Origin: Candidatus Hecatella orcuttiae
GTDB taxonomy: Archaea > Thermoproteota > Bathyarchaeia > Hecatellales > Hecatellaceae
Length of the DNA stretch: 64,000 bases
Direction of reading: 5' to 3'
Assembly (NCBI GenBank): GCA_002011035.2
Contig: MTLY02000003.1
Coordinates: 160,001 to 224,000 of the forward strand
Under the pieces are notes generated by a model. That model was not told where the DNA came from, did not search any database, and worked only from the letters and a program-made list of their open reading frames with translations. Made by a program: the position numbers and the translations under genes. Shown piece after piece: positions 29,091-38,403 of the stretch. The stretch's first letter is position 1. Each line of letters starts with the position of its first letter.

Positions 29091-30692
29091 TTAGCCGCAG
29101 CCTTCCCACTCGAAGATTTCTCCGTCTTGAAGATAGCTTCTCCCCGTCTTCAAGGCTATCTTAGCCTTCTGAAGCTCGCAGCCCAAGTAGGCTGCGTGAT
29201 CAAGGAGAGAAAGCAAACCTGCCTTCACCGCAGCCCTGTAAATCTGCCAAGGCTCCCTCCCCCGGATGGACGTGTCTGGTTTAGTTGCCCCGGGTTGAAA
29301 GTGAAGGGCCACCAGCTCCCCCCTCGTCCGATCCACTCTCAGCTTGAAGCAGCCTTGGGGGTCACGAGCCACCTTCGCCTCCGAGGGAACCCTCAACATG
29401 GCAGCGCCCTGTTCCTCTTGGTGGTTGAGGGGTTCCTCTCTCCGCCTTTTCTCCTTCAGCCTGAGCAAGCTGAGCCCTAGGTCTTTTGGAGGAGAGCCTC
29501 TCCTCCGGGCTAGGGCCACCATGCGAAGAGCGGTGGAGAGCTCTTGAACAGCGCCCCATGTTTTGTCGCTGGCTTGGGTTGTGAACATGAAGCTTACACC
29601 CAGCTCCCAGCCGAGGAGGGCTAGGAGAAAGTTTAACCCTCCGGAATCCGCGTCCACCAGCTCAGTGACGTTGCCGGCTCCGAAGAAGCTGGGAACTCCC
29701 GGGTTCCTCCGCCCGAACTCTACGTAAGCCAGCAGGGAATCTAAGAAGCTGAAAGGTGGATGTAAGCCTAGGATAGGGTCGGCGACGACTTTTTTAAACC
29801 CTAAAGCCTTCGCCTTCCGCAGGTTAGCCTCCAGTCTCCGAATTCTTTCCCCGTAATGGGGAGCCACGCGGCCTCTCTCATCAGCAGGAGTCACCACCAC
29901 CGGTAAGTCTCGGGCGAAGGAGGTAGCTTCCCCCATGTTCGTCTCGTTGAGGCTTAGGACCATGGTAGCTCCCGCCTCCACCCCGGCTCTAAGCTCGTCG
30001 ATGTCGTTGGAGTCGATGCTGACAGGCTTGGCAACGGCTTTCACGGCTGCCTTCACCGCCCTTCGAGCCTCCTCCACCCGGCCGCCTCCCGCCTCCATGC
30101 CTACGTCCACGATGTCAGCTCCGCTTTCCACATAATACCGAGCCCAACGCGCAACCGCCTCCTTTGGAAGGGCTGAAGCGTTCACGATTTCAGCCACCAA
30201 GAGGGGAGGACCCCCAAGGTAGGTGCCCACTTTTCCCCTCCCTACACCTACGGTGACGCTGCCTTCTCTCCGAGCCAGCCGCCGGGTTTCCATCCGGAGG
30301 GAGGCCAACTCCTCCGCAGCCTTCTTAGCCACCGCCTCCTGGGCCAACTCGCAGGCAGGTTGGGAAGTGGATAAGGGGAGTTTTCCCAAACTGTCTAGGA
30401 TGAGGGGTAAGTCCGCTGCGTGCTTAGGGCCCTTGTAGGTGGGGATGCCTGTAGCCTTCCAGACCGGGGCGGTGTCGCCTTCCATCATTCCCGGGAGCAG
30501 TATGATGTCGAAGCCTTCCCAGTTTTTTTCAGCTAGCTTTCGAGCTACATAGCGGGGAGATAAAAGAGCCGCTACCTGCATGGGGAGGGATAGAACTTCA
30601 GCCTCAACCTTGCTTCGGCGGACGTACTCCTCCACCGAAGTCTTGGCTAAGGTTCCCGTTACCACCAGAACCTTCAACTTCGGCACCTTCAA
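29091..30692 (-). CDS. dihydropteroate-synthase-related protein with C-terminal DUF4346-like domain
   Basis: VTGTLA, KGPKHAADLP, AEI, GADIVDVG, SIDS, GNVTELVDADS and HAAYLG.EL.KA motifs. Confidence 0.88.
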   Translation of the reverse strand: MKVPKLKVLVVTGTLAKTSVEEYVRRSKVEAEVLSLPMQVAALLSPRYVARKLAEKNWEGFDIILLPGMMEGDTAPVWKATGIPTYKGPKHAADLPLILDSLGKLPLSTSQPACELAQEAVAKKAAEELASLRMETRRLARREGSVTVGVGRGKVGTYLGGPPLLVAEIVNASALPKEAVARWARYYVESGADIVDVGMEAGGGRVEEARRAVKAAVKAVAKPVSIDSNDIDELRAGVEAGATMVLSLNETNMGEATSFARDLPVVVTPADERGRVAPHYGERIRRLEANLRKAKALGFKKVVADPILGLHPPFSFLDSLLAYVEFGRRNPGVPSFFGAGNVTELVDADSGGLNFLLALLGWELGVSFMFTTQASDKTWGAVQELSTALRMVALARRRGSPPKDLGLSLLRLKEKRRREEPLNHQEEQGAAMLRVPSEAKVARDPQGCFKLRVDRTRGELVALHFQPGATKPDTSIRGREPWQIYRAAVKAGLLSLLDHAAYLGCELQKAKIALKTGRSYLQDGEIFEWEGCG

Positions 30693-30814
30693 GGTCTAGA
30701 CGACCTAACTAAAAAAGCATGACTGCGGAAAGGTTAACCCAGCTTCTTGCCATAAGTAATAAGAGAGACGGCTTCCTATAAAATAAGGGGCCCCGCTTCT
30801 CCGGAAGATGAACC

Positions 30815-31243
30815 ATGTTTGTCCCCTGCGAGCTTGCCGTGAAATCAATCCTGCCGGCCTTCCGCGCCTTGGTGGCGGAGAAACTCGTCGGCGTCTACGG
30901 GCTGAAGCAAGGGGAAGCAGCCCGGCTTTTGGGCATCACCCAGTCCGCTGTCAGCCGCTATGTTAAAAACGAAAGAGGCAGCGTTCTTAAATCCAAAATC
31001 TCGCGGCTGGAAGAGGTTAATACCTTGATGGAAGAAGTGGCGGAAAAACTCATCGACGGTAAGACAGACCTCCACGAGATAAGCCGCCTATTCTGCCGGG
31101 GCTGTCAGAGGGTGAGGACTATGGGGTTGCTGTGCGAAAACTGTAAGAGGTTTAACCCTCAACTTGACGAGAACTGCGACCTCTGCACTTGGCACAAGAC
31201 TCGTGGGGGCTCAGAGACTGTGGAAGGCTGTTTCCCGCTCTGA
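30815..31243 (+). CDS. HTH transcriptional regulator (COG2522-like) with Cys-rich C-terminus
   Basis: PCE...LP..RA..A, Q.EAARLLGITQSAVSRY...RG; C..C...C..C...C..C. Confidence 0.85.
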   Translation: MFVPCELAVKSILPAFRALVAEKLVGVYGLKQGEAARLLGITQSAVSRYVKNERGSVLKSKISRLEEVNTLMEEVAEKLIDGKTDLHEISRLFCRGCQRVRTMGLLCENCKRFNPQLDENCDLCTWHKTRGGSETVEGCFPL

Positions 31244-31378
31244 AACTTCCAGGCCCTAAACCTGTTACCTTCCTCGTCATGTTTCAGCCGATGCATTTTG
31301 GGCTGTAAACAGAATGGAAAATCGACGGGGGAATGCTGGAAAAAGTACTTATGAGTTCCCAGCCATAATTCTGCCGGT

Positions 31379-32305
31379 GTGAAAAAAATGGGAATCCTGA
31401 AGGTAGCTTTGCCCAAAGGTCATCTTTGGAGCGGAGTGAAAAGCCTCCTCGACCGAGCGGGATACGGGTTGCGGGTGGAGAGCGAACGCTCCTACTCAGT
31501 GAACTCCAACGACCCCGAGCTTGAACTCCGAATCCACCGGGCTCAGAACATCAGTCCCCTAGTTGAGGAGGGAAAGTACGACCTAGGCATCACAGGACTG
31601 GACTGGGTGGTGGAGCACAGGGCGGATGTAGAGGAGCTGGCCGACTTGGAGTTTGGGAGAGTAAACGTGGTCGCTGCTGTGCCCCAACACTACGGCCTTG
31701 AAGAGTCTTCCGAGGGGGAGAAAGTGTTCGAAAGATTCGTGGCGAAGCTGCGGAGGGAGGGAAAAGAAAAGATCATCGTTGCCTCCGAATACGAGAACAT
31801 CACCCGAAGCCTGTGTGAGGAGAAGATGGGCTCCGTCCCATACAAGTTCATCCGCTCCTACGGGGCTACGGAAACCTTCATCGGAGTCGCCGATCTCATC
31901 GTTGACTGCACCGAGACAGGGACTACCCTCAGGGACAACGGCTGGCAGATCATCCACAGGCTTTTCACCTCCACCGCCCGGCTGATCGCTAACAGGCAAA
32001 GCTTGAAGGACCGGTGGAAAAAGGATAAAATAGAAAGCTTCCTGCAGCTGGTCGCGGGAGCGCGAGATGCGAAGGGGCTGAAGCTCATCAAGCTGAATGT
32101 GGCCGCGGAAGCCCTGAAAGACGTGTTAGGCGTCCTCCCCTCCATGAAAAGCCCCACCATCTCCCAGCTGGCCGGAGATGGGAAGCCAGGATTCGCTGTG
32201 GAGGTGGCGGTGAAAGAAAACCAAGTGGTGCAACTGATTCCCCTGTTGAAGAAGAAGGGCGCGACGGATATTCTGGAAATAGACATCGATAAAGTCATCC
32301 GGTAA
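31379..32305 (+). CDS. hisG: ATP phosphoribosyltransferase (long form)
   Basis: ALPKG, DLGITGLD, SYGATE, D.TETGTTL motifs plus C-terminal regulatory domain (PSMKSPTIS, GATDIL). Confidence 0.93.
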   Translation: MKKMGILKVALPKGHLWSGVKSLLDRAGYGLRVESERSYSVNSNDPELELRIHRAQNISPLVEEGKYDLGITGLDWVVEHRADVEELADLEFGRVNVVAAVPQHYGLEESSEGEKVFERFVAKLRREGKEKIIVASEYENITRSLCEEKMGSVPYKFIRSYGATETFIGVADLIVDCTETGTTLRDNGWQIIHRLFTSTARLIANRQSLKDRWKKDKIESFLQLVAGARDAKGLKLIKLNVAAEALKDVLGVLPSMKSPTISQLAGDGKPGFAVEVAVKENQVVQLIPLLKKKGATDILEIDIDKVIR

Positions 32306-32359
32306 GTTGGACTTGCGTCCGTCGAAGATGCGGGGAGCATTCTGGAGGAGAGAAGTATT

Positions 32360-32743
32360 TTGATCGTAGGAATAGGGGTAGACCTGATAAAAATTCAAAG
32401 GATCAAGGAGGCTCTGGACAGGTCGGGTATGCGTTTCTTGGAAAAAGTTTTCACCCCCAAAGAGATAGAGCTGGCTTCCAAGGGCGAGGATAGAGCAGCC
32501 TATTTTGCGACCAGGTTCGCCGCTAAGGAAAGCGTACTCAAAGCCTTCTGCACAGGGTGGGCCGGCGTTAAAGGCACAGACATTCACATAGAACCGGGGG
32601 CTCGAGGGGAGCCTTTGGTAAAACTTTCAGGCGGACTGGCTGAAATGGCCTCTCAGAGAGGAGTCACCCGAGTTCTCGTAAGCCTCTCTTATGACTCCGA
32701 ATATGCCATTGCCATGTGCATTCTACTCGGCAGCCGGCCTTAA
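32360..32743 (+). CDS. acpS: holo-ACP synthase (4'-phosphopantetheinyl transferase)
   Basis: GIGVD....RI, F.EKVFT..E, RFAAKES.LKA..TG, GEP and VSLSY motifs. Confidence 0.92.
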   Translation: MIVGIGVDLIKIQRIKEALDRSGMRFLEKVFTPKEIELASKGEDRAAYFATRFAAKESVLKAFCTGWAGVKGTDIHIEPGARGEPLVKLSGGLAEMASQRGVTRVLVSLSYDSEYAIAMCILLGSRP

Positions 32744-32759
32744 CTGGGAAACTTTGCGG

Positions 32760-33977
32760 TCAGATTTTCTTTACCTTCTCCGCAATCTCCATGGTGTCGA
32801 GGGCTATCATTTTTTCCTCGTCGGTGGGAACTACGAGAACTTTCACCTTCGAATCAGGGCTGCTGATGACCCCCTCAGCCTTAACTGTTTTCACGTTCGC
32901 CTCCCCGTCCAGCTTAACTCCTAGGAACTCAAGGTTCTCACAGATCATTCCTCTCATCAAAGGGGAGTTCTCCCCAATGCCAGCTGTGAAAACAAGCACG
33001 TCAAGGCCTCCCATAGCCGCCGCGTAGGCGCCTATGTACTTTTTCACCCGGTAGGCGTACATTTCCAAGGCCAGCTTACACCGAGAGTTCCCAGCCTCCG
33101 CTCCTTTGATCACTTCCCTCATGTCATTGCTAACACCGGACACCCCCAGAAGGCCGCTTTTCTTGTTCAGAATCTTGTCCAGCTCCTCTACGCTCAGGTT
33201 TGCCCTCCTGTGGAGGTAGAAGATGACTCCGGGGTCTATGTCCCCGCACCTAGTTCCCATGATAAGCCCCTCCAAGGGGGTTAAGCCCATGCTGGTGTCT
33301 ACAGACTTTCCCCCCTGCACAGCGTTTAACGTAACCCCGTTGCCCAGATGGCAGATGATCATCTTCAACCGGTCTGAGGAGCTTCCCAGCATCTCCTCCG
33401 CCTTCTTCGACACGTACCGGCAAGAGGTTCCGTGAAACCCGTATTTTCTGACCCCGTACTGGATGTAAAACTCTCGGGGAACCGCGTACATGTAAGCCTT
33501 CTCCGGCATGGTCTGATGGAAAGCCGTGTCGAACACAGCTACATGGGGAACTTCAGGAAGCTGCTTTTTAGCCTCCGTGATCCCTGCGAGGTTTGCGGGA
33601 TTGTGAAGAGGCGCCAGAGGAATGCATTCCCTAATCTTTTCCTGAACCTCCGGAGTGATGAGGGCTGGCTCGGTGAAGGCGGCGCCTCCGTGCACAACCC
33701 TATGCCCCACGGCTGCTATTTCTCGAAGGTCTTTGATGACTCCGTGCTCCTCATCCAGCATGGCTTTCATAACCAAAGAGAGGCCTTCGCTGTGATTGGG
33801 GATAACTGCTTCTCTTCTAGTCTTTTTCCCTCCTGTTTCATGCTCGATGTAGGAGCCCGGCTCACCTATCTTAGCAACAGTTCCCTTGGCTATTACTTCA
33901 TCTTTTTCCATGTCCCGAAGCTGATATTTGATGGAGGAGCTTCCGCAGTTAAGGACGAGAACTTTCACCCAATCCAC
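32760..33977 (-). CDS. ackA: acetate kinase
   Basis: [52 protein letters not shown] and PTDEE motifs. Confidence 0.97.
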   Translation of the reverse strand: MDWVKVLVLNCGSSSIKYQLRDMEKDEVIAKGTVAKIGEPGSYIEHETGGKKTRREAVIPNHSEGLSLVMKAMLDEEHGVIKDLREIAAVGHRVVHGGAAFTEPALITPEVQEKIRECIPLAPLHNPANLAGITEAKKQLPEVPHVAVFDTAFHQTMPEKAYMYAVPREFYIQYGVRKYGFHGTSCRYVSKKAEEMLGSSSDRLKMIICHLGNGVTLNAVQGGKSVDTSMGLTPLEGLIMGTRCGDIDPGVIFYLHRRANLSVEELDKILNKKSGLLGVSGVSNDMREVIKGAEAGNSRCKLALEMYAYRVKKYIGAYAAAMGGLDVLVFTAGIGENSPLMRGMICENLEFLGVKLDGEANVKTVKAEGVISSPDSKVKVLVVPTDEEKMIALDTMEIAEKVKKI

Positions 33978-34999
33978 CTCTGCGCTTGCACAACCAGCAT
34001 GGCTATAGTGCCGGCGATATCCTCAGCCGACGCTCCCCGGGAAAGGTCGCTCACCGGCTTGGCGAACCCTTGGAGAATGGGGCCGTAGGCTTCTGCCTTC
34101 GCCAGCCGCTCAGTGAGCTTATAGGCTATGTTTCCTGCGTCCAAGTTGGGGAAGATGAGAACGTTGGCCCTCCCTCCTAACGGGTTGTCCCCCTTGATCT
34201 TCTTTCTCGCCACCTCCGGCACCAAGGCAGCGTCAGCTTGAAGCTCTCCGTCGACCAGCAACCTGGGAGCCTTTGTTTTCACGAGGTTAACGGCCTCCAC
34301 CACTTTATCCACCAGAGGGTGGGTGGCGCTTCCTTTGGTTGAAAACGAAAGCATCGCCACCCGCGGTTCCCAGCCTAACATAGTCCTTGCACTGTTGGCA
34401 CTGGCAAGGGCGATGTCGGCTAACTCCTCGGGGTTGGGGTCGATGTTCACCGAAGCGTCGGCATAGAGCAGAGCTCCCTTCTCACCGCCCTCGTAGCCAG
34501 GGACAACCATCAGAAAGAAGCTTGACGGAGCGCATATCCCCTCCTGCAAGCCGATGATCAGCTTCGCAGCGGCGATAACCTCCCCGGAAGAGTAGGTCGC
34601 CCCTGCCACCATGCCCTCCGCGTCTCCCGCTTTCACCATCATGCAGGCGAAGTTGAGGGGCTTTCTGAGGAGCGCCCGGGCCAGCCTATCGGAGGAGCCG
34701 CTTGCCTTGCTGTAGAGGGCTATGTACTCCTCCAGTTTAGGCCAAGATTCAGGTTTGGCGAATTCGACTTTCTTTAAGCTGACACCCAGCCTTTGTGCTT
34801 TTTCTTCAATTTCTTCTCTGTCTCCCACAAGAAACGGCTTAGCCACGTTTTCCTTCACAGCTATCTCAGCCGCTCGGAGAATTCGTTCATCCTCAGGTTC
34901 GGGGAGAACTATTCTTTTGGGGTTGAGAGCAGCCTTTCTTTTAAACTCCTCGATAACCTTGGGCATGCAGGTTTTCGCCTCTTTTAAAACAAGCTTCAC
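33965..34999 (-). CDS. pta: phosphate acetyltransferase
   Basis: [44 protein letters not shown] and DLSRG motifs. Confidence 0.96.
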   Translation of the reverse strand: MKLVLKEAKTCMPKVIEEFKRKAALNPKRIVLPEPEDERILRAAEIAVKENVAKPFLVGDREEIEEKAQRLGVSLKKVEFAKPESWPKLEEYIALYSKASGSSDRLARALLRKPLNFACMMVKAGDAEGMVAGATYSSGEVIAAAKLIIGLQEGICAPSSFFLMVVPGYEGGEKGALLYADASVNIDPNPEELADIALASANSARTMLGWEPRVAMLSFSTKGSATHPLVDKVVEAVNLVKTKAPRLLVDGELQADAALVPEVARKKIKGDNPLGGRANVLIFPNLDAGNIAYKLTERLAKAEAYGPILQGFAKPVSDLSRGASAEDIAGTIAMLVVQAQRWIG

Positions 35000-35394
35000 T
35001 TGACTTTGAAGGTGAGGATGTCCAGTCCGGCGAATTTCTTTATCTCCGCTTTCACATCCATAGGAAGCCTATCCAAGGCTTCCCTGATCTTAGTGGGATT
35101 GGATACGTCTATTCCGGTGATCATAGTCATGAAGGTGGGGCCTTCCTTGAATTTCACAAGGCCGTAGGCGTAGGGGGCGTAGTCTTGAAATTCCATGGGA
35201 GTCGGTATGGCGCTGCTGGCGAAGATTATAAGCTTCCCCTCTCCACTAAACTCCGTCCAATCCAGTTCACGGCTTGAGCATTTTTGACAGATGGGATAAG
35301 GTGGAAAGATGTACACGCCGCATTTTTTGCATTTGAAGCCCATGATTTTCCCTTCGGCCAGAAAGTCGAAAAACTTCTTCATCACCGTCATCAA
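34996..35394 (-). CDS. DUF35 Zn-ribbon/OB-fold protein
   Basis: CKKCG..IFPP..ICQKC zinc ribbon, then G.G.L and [14 protein letters not shown]-fold; directly after the thiolase. Confidence 0.92.
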   Translation of the reverse strand: MMTVMKKFFDFLAEGKIMGFKCKKCGVYIFPPYPICQKCSSRELDWTEFSGEGKLIIFASSAIPTPMEFQDYAPYAYGLVKFKEGPTFMTMITGIDVSNPTKIREALDRLPMDVKAEIKKFAGLDILTFKVK

Positions 35395-35397
35395 AAT

Positions 35398-36666
35398 TCA
35401 CCTCCTCCTCAACACTGTAACCGTCGCTTCAACTCCTATTCCACAGGCATGCCAGAGGGCGGTTTCAGGCTCAGGCTTGATCTGCCTCTCTCCAGCTTGA
35501 CCTCTCATCTGTTTTACGATCTCGTACAAATCCGCGCCGCATGTTGCAGCGTAGGCGTTACCGAAGCCCAAGTGGCCTCCGTTGGTATTCATAGGTCTCT
35601 CACCGTTAAAGGATATCCTCTGGTCGCGGAAGGCCTTCCACGCTTGCCCTCTCTCAAAATAGCCAACTCCCTCAGGGAAGACGAAATACTCGCTCACCGA
35701 GCAGTCTCCGACCTGCAGGTAATCGATGTCCTTCGGCTCCACCCCTGCCATCTGGTAGGCGTTTCGGGCAGCTATCATCTCCACAGGCCACTCGTAGGGG
35801 TCTTTCTCGTAGAACGGATAGGGGTCGGTGCACCAGCCGAAGCCCAGAATATCCACCGGTGTGTCGGTGTATTTCTTCGCCTTCTCAGGTGTTGTGACGA
35901 TGTAAGCCGAGGCGCCGTCGGCGATGGGGGGAATGCAGCAAGCTCTCAGAGGATATGCCAGATAAGGGTTAAACTTGGATTTGTACCATTCTTTCACATC
36001 CTTGAAGCCCCGCCTAGCCGCTTGGTCCTTCAGCTCAGTTTGATGGTATGCCTTAGGGTTTCTGGAACTCGCCCTGCGAGCGTTAACGGCAATGCCGAAG
36101 AGGGCGTCTTCCACATCATCCATGGACAGCCCGTATTTCTTGGCGTAGGCGATAATCGGAATAGCCTCGAACATGGCGCTTACATCATAGGCGTGGGTCC
36201 AGTAATATTCTTGGTCCCCTCCCCACTCAGTCCACTCTAACACTTTACCTAGGTCTGCGGGCTTTCGGACAGTGGGGTTGAACGTGGGTGTGCTGCTCAA
36301 AATCTCGCAGGCAACAATCAAGACGGTATCATAGACTCCTGAAGCAATGGCCATGGCCGCCAATCCTGCTCCCGTGTTGGTGGTTGCGCAGCCTGTTGCG
36401 AAATGCAAAGCCGGCTTATACTTCATGCCGATCCAGTTGGCAACGCGGAAGGGTGAATGCGCATGAGTAGTGTTGGGGAGGTAGTGGCCGAAGAAGAAGG
36501 CGTCTATTTCCTTAGGGTCGATTCCAGCATCATCGTAGGCTTCGAAGGCAGCTTCGGAGACTAGGTCTTGGAAGCTTTTGTCTTTGAGCTCCGAGGTCTC
36601 CAGCACGCTTCCAAAACGCGTCACGCCAACCCCGATGATGGAGGCCTTACTTTTTAAAACACCCAT
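35398..36666 (-). CDS. thiolase-family protein (SCP2/archaeal type) with atypical catalytic motifs
   Basis: IIGVG.T.FG, GCAT (Cys93), NPKA, DGASA, AY.MAG..P.DID, N..GG and Q.RG.AG.RQ motifs. Confidence 0.9.
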   Translation of the reverse strand: MGVLKSKASIIGVGVTRFGSVLETSELKDKSFQDLVSEAAFEAYDDAGIDPKEIDAFFFGHYLPNTTHAHSPFRVANWIGMKYKPALHFATGCATTNTGAGLAAMAIASGVYDTVLIVACEILSSTPTFNPTVRKPADLGKVLEWTEWGGDQEYYWTHAYDVSAMFEAIPIIAYAKKYGLSMDDVEDALFGIAVNARRASSRNPKAYHQTELKDQAARRGFKDVKEWYKSKFNPYLAYPLRACCIPPIADGASAYIVTTPEKAKKYTDTPVDILGFGWCTDPYPFYEKDPYEWPVEMIAARNAYQMAGVEPKDIDYLQVGDCSVSEYFVFPEGVGYFERGQAWKAFRDQRISFNGERPMNTNGGHLGFGNAYAATCGADLYEIVKQMRGQAGERQIKPEPETALWHACGIGVEATVTVLRRR

Positions 36667-36708
36667 CTTTCTTCACCTTTCCAGTATTCGTATCTTTTTC
36701 CTTTCATA

Positions 36709-36951
36709 TTATTGTTTCTCCGCCAGTTTCTTCTCAATGTAGCTTACAGCCTCTCCTATTGTCTTGTTTTTCCGCGCCTCGACAAACGGTATGGTGATGT
36801 TAAACTCGTATTCCAGAAGAGCTATCAACTCGATGATGTTCACAGACTTCGCGTGAAGGTCTTCGACGAAGCGAAGGTTGTCAGCTAGTTCCTCAGGGTT
36901 TTTTCCGAAAACATCGGCGATTATTTCTTTAACTTTCTTTTCCACAGACAT
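36709..36951 (-). CDS. acpP: acyl carrier protein
   Basis: 80 aa: VKEIIA...FVEDLHAKSVNIIELIALLEYEFNITIP...TIGEAVSYI. Ser36 sits at the phosphopantetheine position. Confidence 0.88.
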   Translation of the reverse strand: MSVEKKVKEIIADVFGKNPEELADNLRFVEDLHAKSVNIIELIALLEYEFNITIPFVEARKNKTIGEAVSYIEKKLAEKQ

Positions 36952-37138
36952 CCTTCATCCCTCTACACTACCCTGCTTTGCGGTTTTAAATGTTTCCCAA
37001 AAACCCATCCTCATCTTCAGCTAAAGCTTCAAATGGAAAATGTTCAGCCCACAAACTACGCAGTTTTCATTCGCAGGTTAAACTTTATTATTCCCTCGGA
37101 ATCTTTCTTTAAGAAATGTTGAGAAGGAGAGTGGTGCT

Positions 37139-37687
37139 ATGATGCAGACAACGGAGGAAAACCTGAAAAACGCCTTCGCAGGAGAATGTCAGGCTCGAGT
37201 GAGGTATCTTATCTTTGCCGATGTGGCCAGACGAGAGGGTTTCCCCAACGTGGCTAGGCTGTTCACCGCCATCTCAGAAGCGGAGCAGATACATGCCAAT
37301 CACCACTACCGGCTGCTGGGCGGCCTCAACGGAGGCTTCACCACAGTGGCCAAGGGAACCTTCGGCCCGGGAGAGACGAGCAAAAATCTGAGCCTCTGCA
37401 TAATGGGCGAAACCTACGAGATTGAGGAAATGTACCCTGCCTTCAGAGCTGTGGCTGAATTGCAGGGAGAGAGAGCAGCCTTCACCAGCTTCGACTGGGC
37501 GTATCAAACGGAAAAAGTTCACGCTGAACTTTACAAAAAGGCGAAAAAAGCCGTGGACGCTGGGAAAGATGTGGAGTTAGGGACCATTCAAATATGCCAA
37601 GTCTGCGGATACACACTGGAGGGGGAAGCCCCTGACAAGTGTCCCGTGTGCAGGGCCGGCCGAGAGGCGTTTAAAGCCTTTCAATAA
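37139..37687 (+). CDS. rbr: rubrerythrin
   Basis: AFAGE.QA..RY, E..HA, ETYE..MY and E.VH motifs; C-terminal rubredoxin domain CQVCG...CPVC. Confidence 0.93.
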   Translation: MMQTTEENLKNAFAGECQARVRYLIFADVARREGFPNVARLFTAISEAEQIHANHHYRLLGGLNGGFTTVAKGTFGPGETSKNLSLCIMGETYEIEEMYPAFRAVAELQGERAAFTSFDWAYQTEKVHAELYKKAKKAVDAGKDVELGTIQICQVCGYTLEGEAPDKCPVCRAGREAFKAFQ

Positions 37688-37718
37688 CTCTCCCGCAAGT
37701 TTTCTCCGCCGAAACATC

Positions 37719-38342
37719 TCAGCCTTTGATTTTCTTTGCTATTTCCGCAACCCTTCGACCTAGAGTTTTAGCTATTTCTAGATCGTTCTCGGTGGGAGGC
37801 CTGTCCGCCATGGGGCCTGAAACCGAAGAGGCCCCGTAGGGGCTTCCTCCTCCTGTCTCGAGGGAGAAGAGCCGCTGTTCGGAGTAGGGAACACCAACGA
37901 TAATCATACCTAGATGGAAGAGAGGCATCATGGAGGTGATTATGGTTGTCTCTTGGCCTCCGTGAAGGGTACTGGTGCTGGTGAACACTCCGGCTACCTT
38001 GTTTTCCAAGGCTCCCTTCTCCCAGAGGCTGCCGGTGCGGTCGATGAACTGCTTCATCTGGGCGCTCATGTTACCATATCTGGTGGGGGTTCCGAAGACT
38101 ATGCCGTCGGCTTCCGCTAAATCTTCCGGCTGGGCTGTGGGAATGCTGGAGAGTTCCTCTTTCACTTTTTTAAGCCTTTCATTGGCTTCGATCACTTCTT
38201 TGGGGATGAGTTCAGGTACCTGTTTCAGCGAAACTTCAACGCCCTCGACGCTTCCAGCCCCCTGGGCTACCGCCTTAGCAAGCTTAGCCACGTTTCCGTA
38301 CATGCTGTAGAAAACAACCAAAACCTTAACAGAATTAGCCAT
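37719..38342 (-). CDS. wrbA: NAD(P)H:quinone oxidoreductase WrbA
   Basis: YSMYGN, GTPTRYGNM, HGGQETT and GGSPYGAS motifs; ATG at 38342 preferred over the tracked 38411. Confidence 0.93.
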   Translation of the reverse strand: MANSVKVLVVFYSMYGNVAKLAKAVAQGAGSVEGVEVSLKQVPELIPKEVIEANERLKKVKEELSSIPTAQPEDLAEADGIVFGTPTRYGNMSAQMKQFIDRTGSLWEKGALENKVAGVFTSTSTLHGGQETTIITSMMPLFHLGMIIVGVPYSEQRLFSLETGGGSPYGASSVSGPMADRPPTENDLEIAKTLGRRVAEIAKKIKG

Positions 38343-38403
38343 TTCTTTCACCACATTTATAATTATATATCTTTGTTTATTTAGTTTGCTGGTTACTAGT
38401 TTT

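Noticed and set aside
35284-36240. 318-aa plus-strand ORF
   Set aside because: Antisense shadow of the thiolase; no recognisable motifs.
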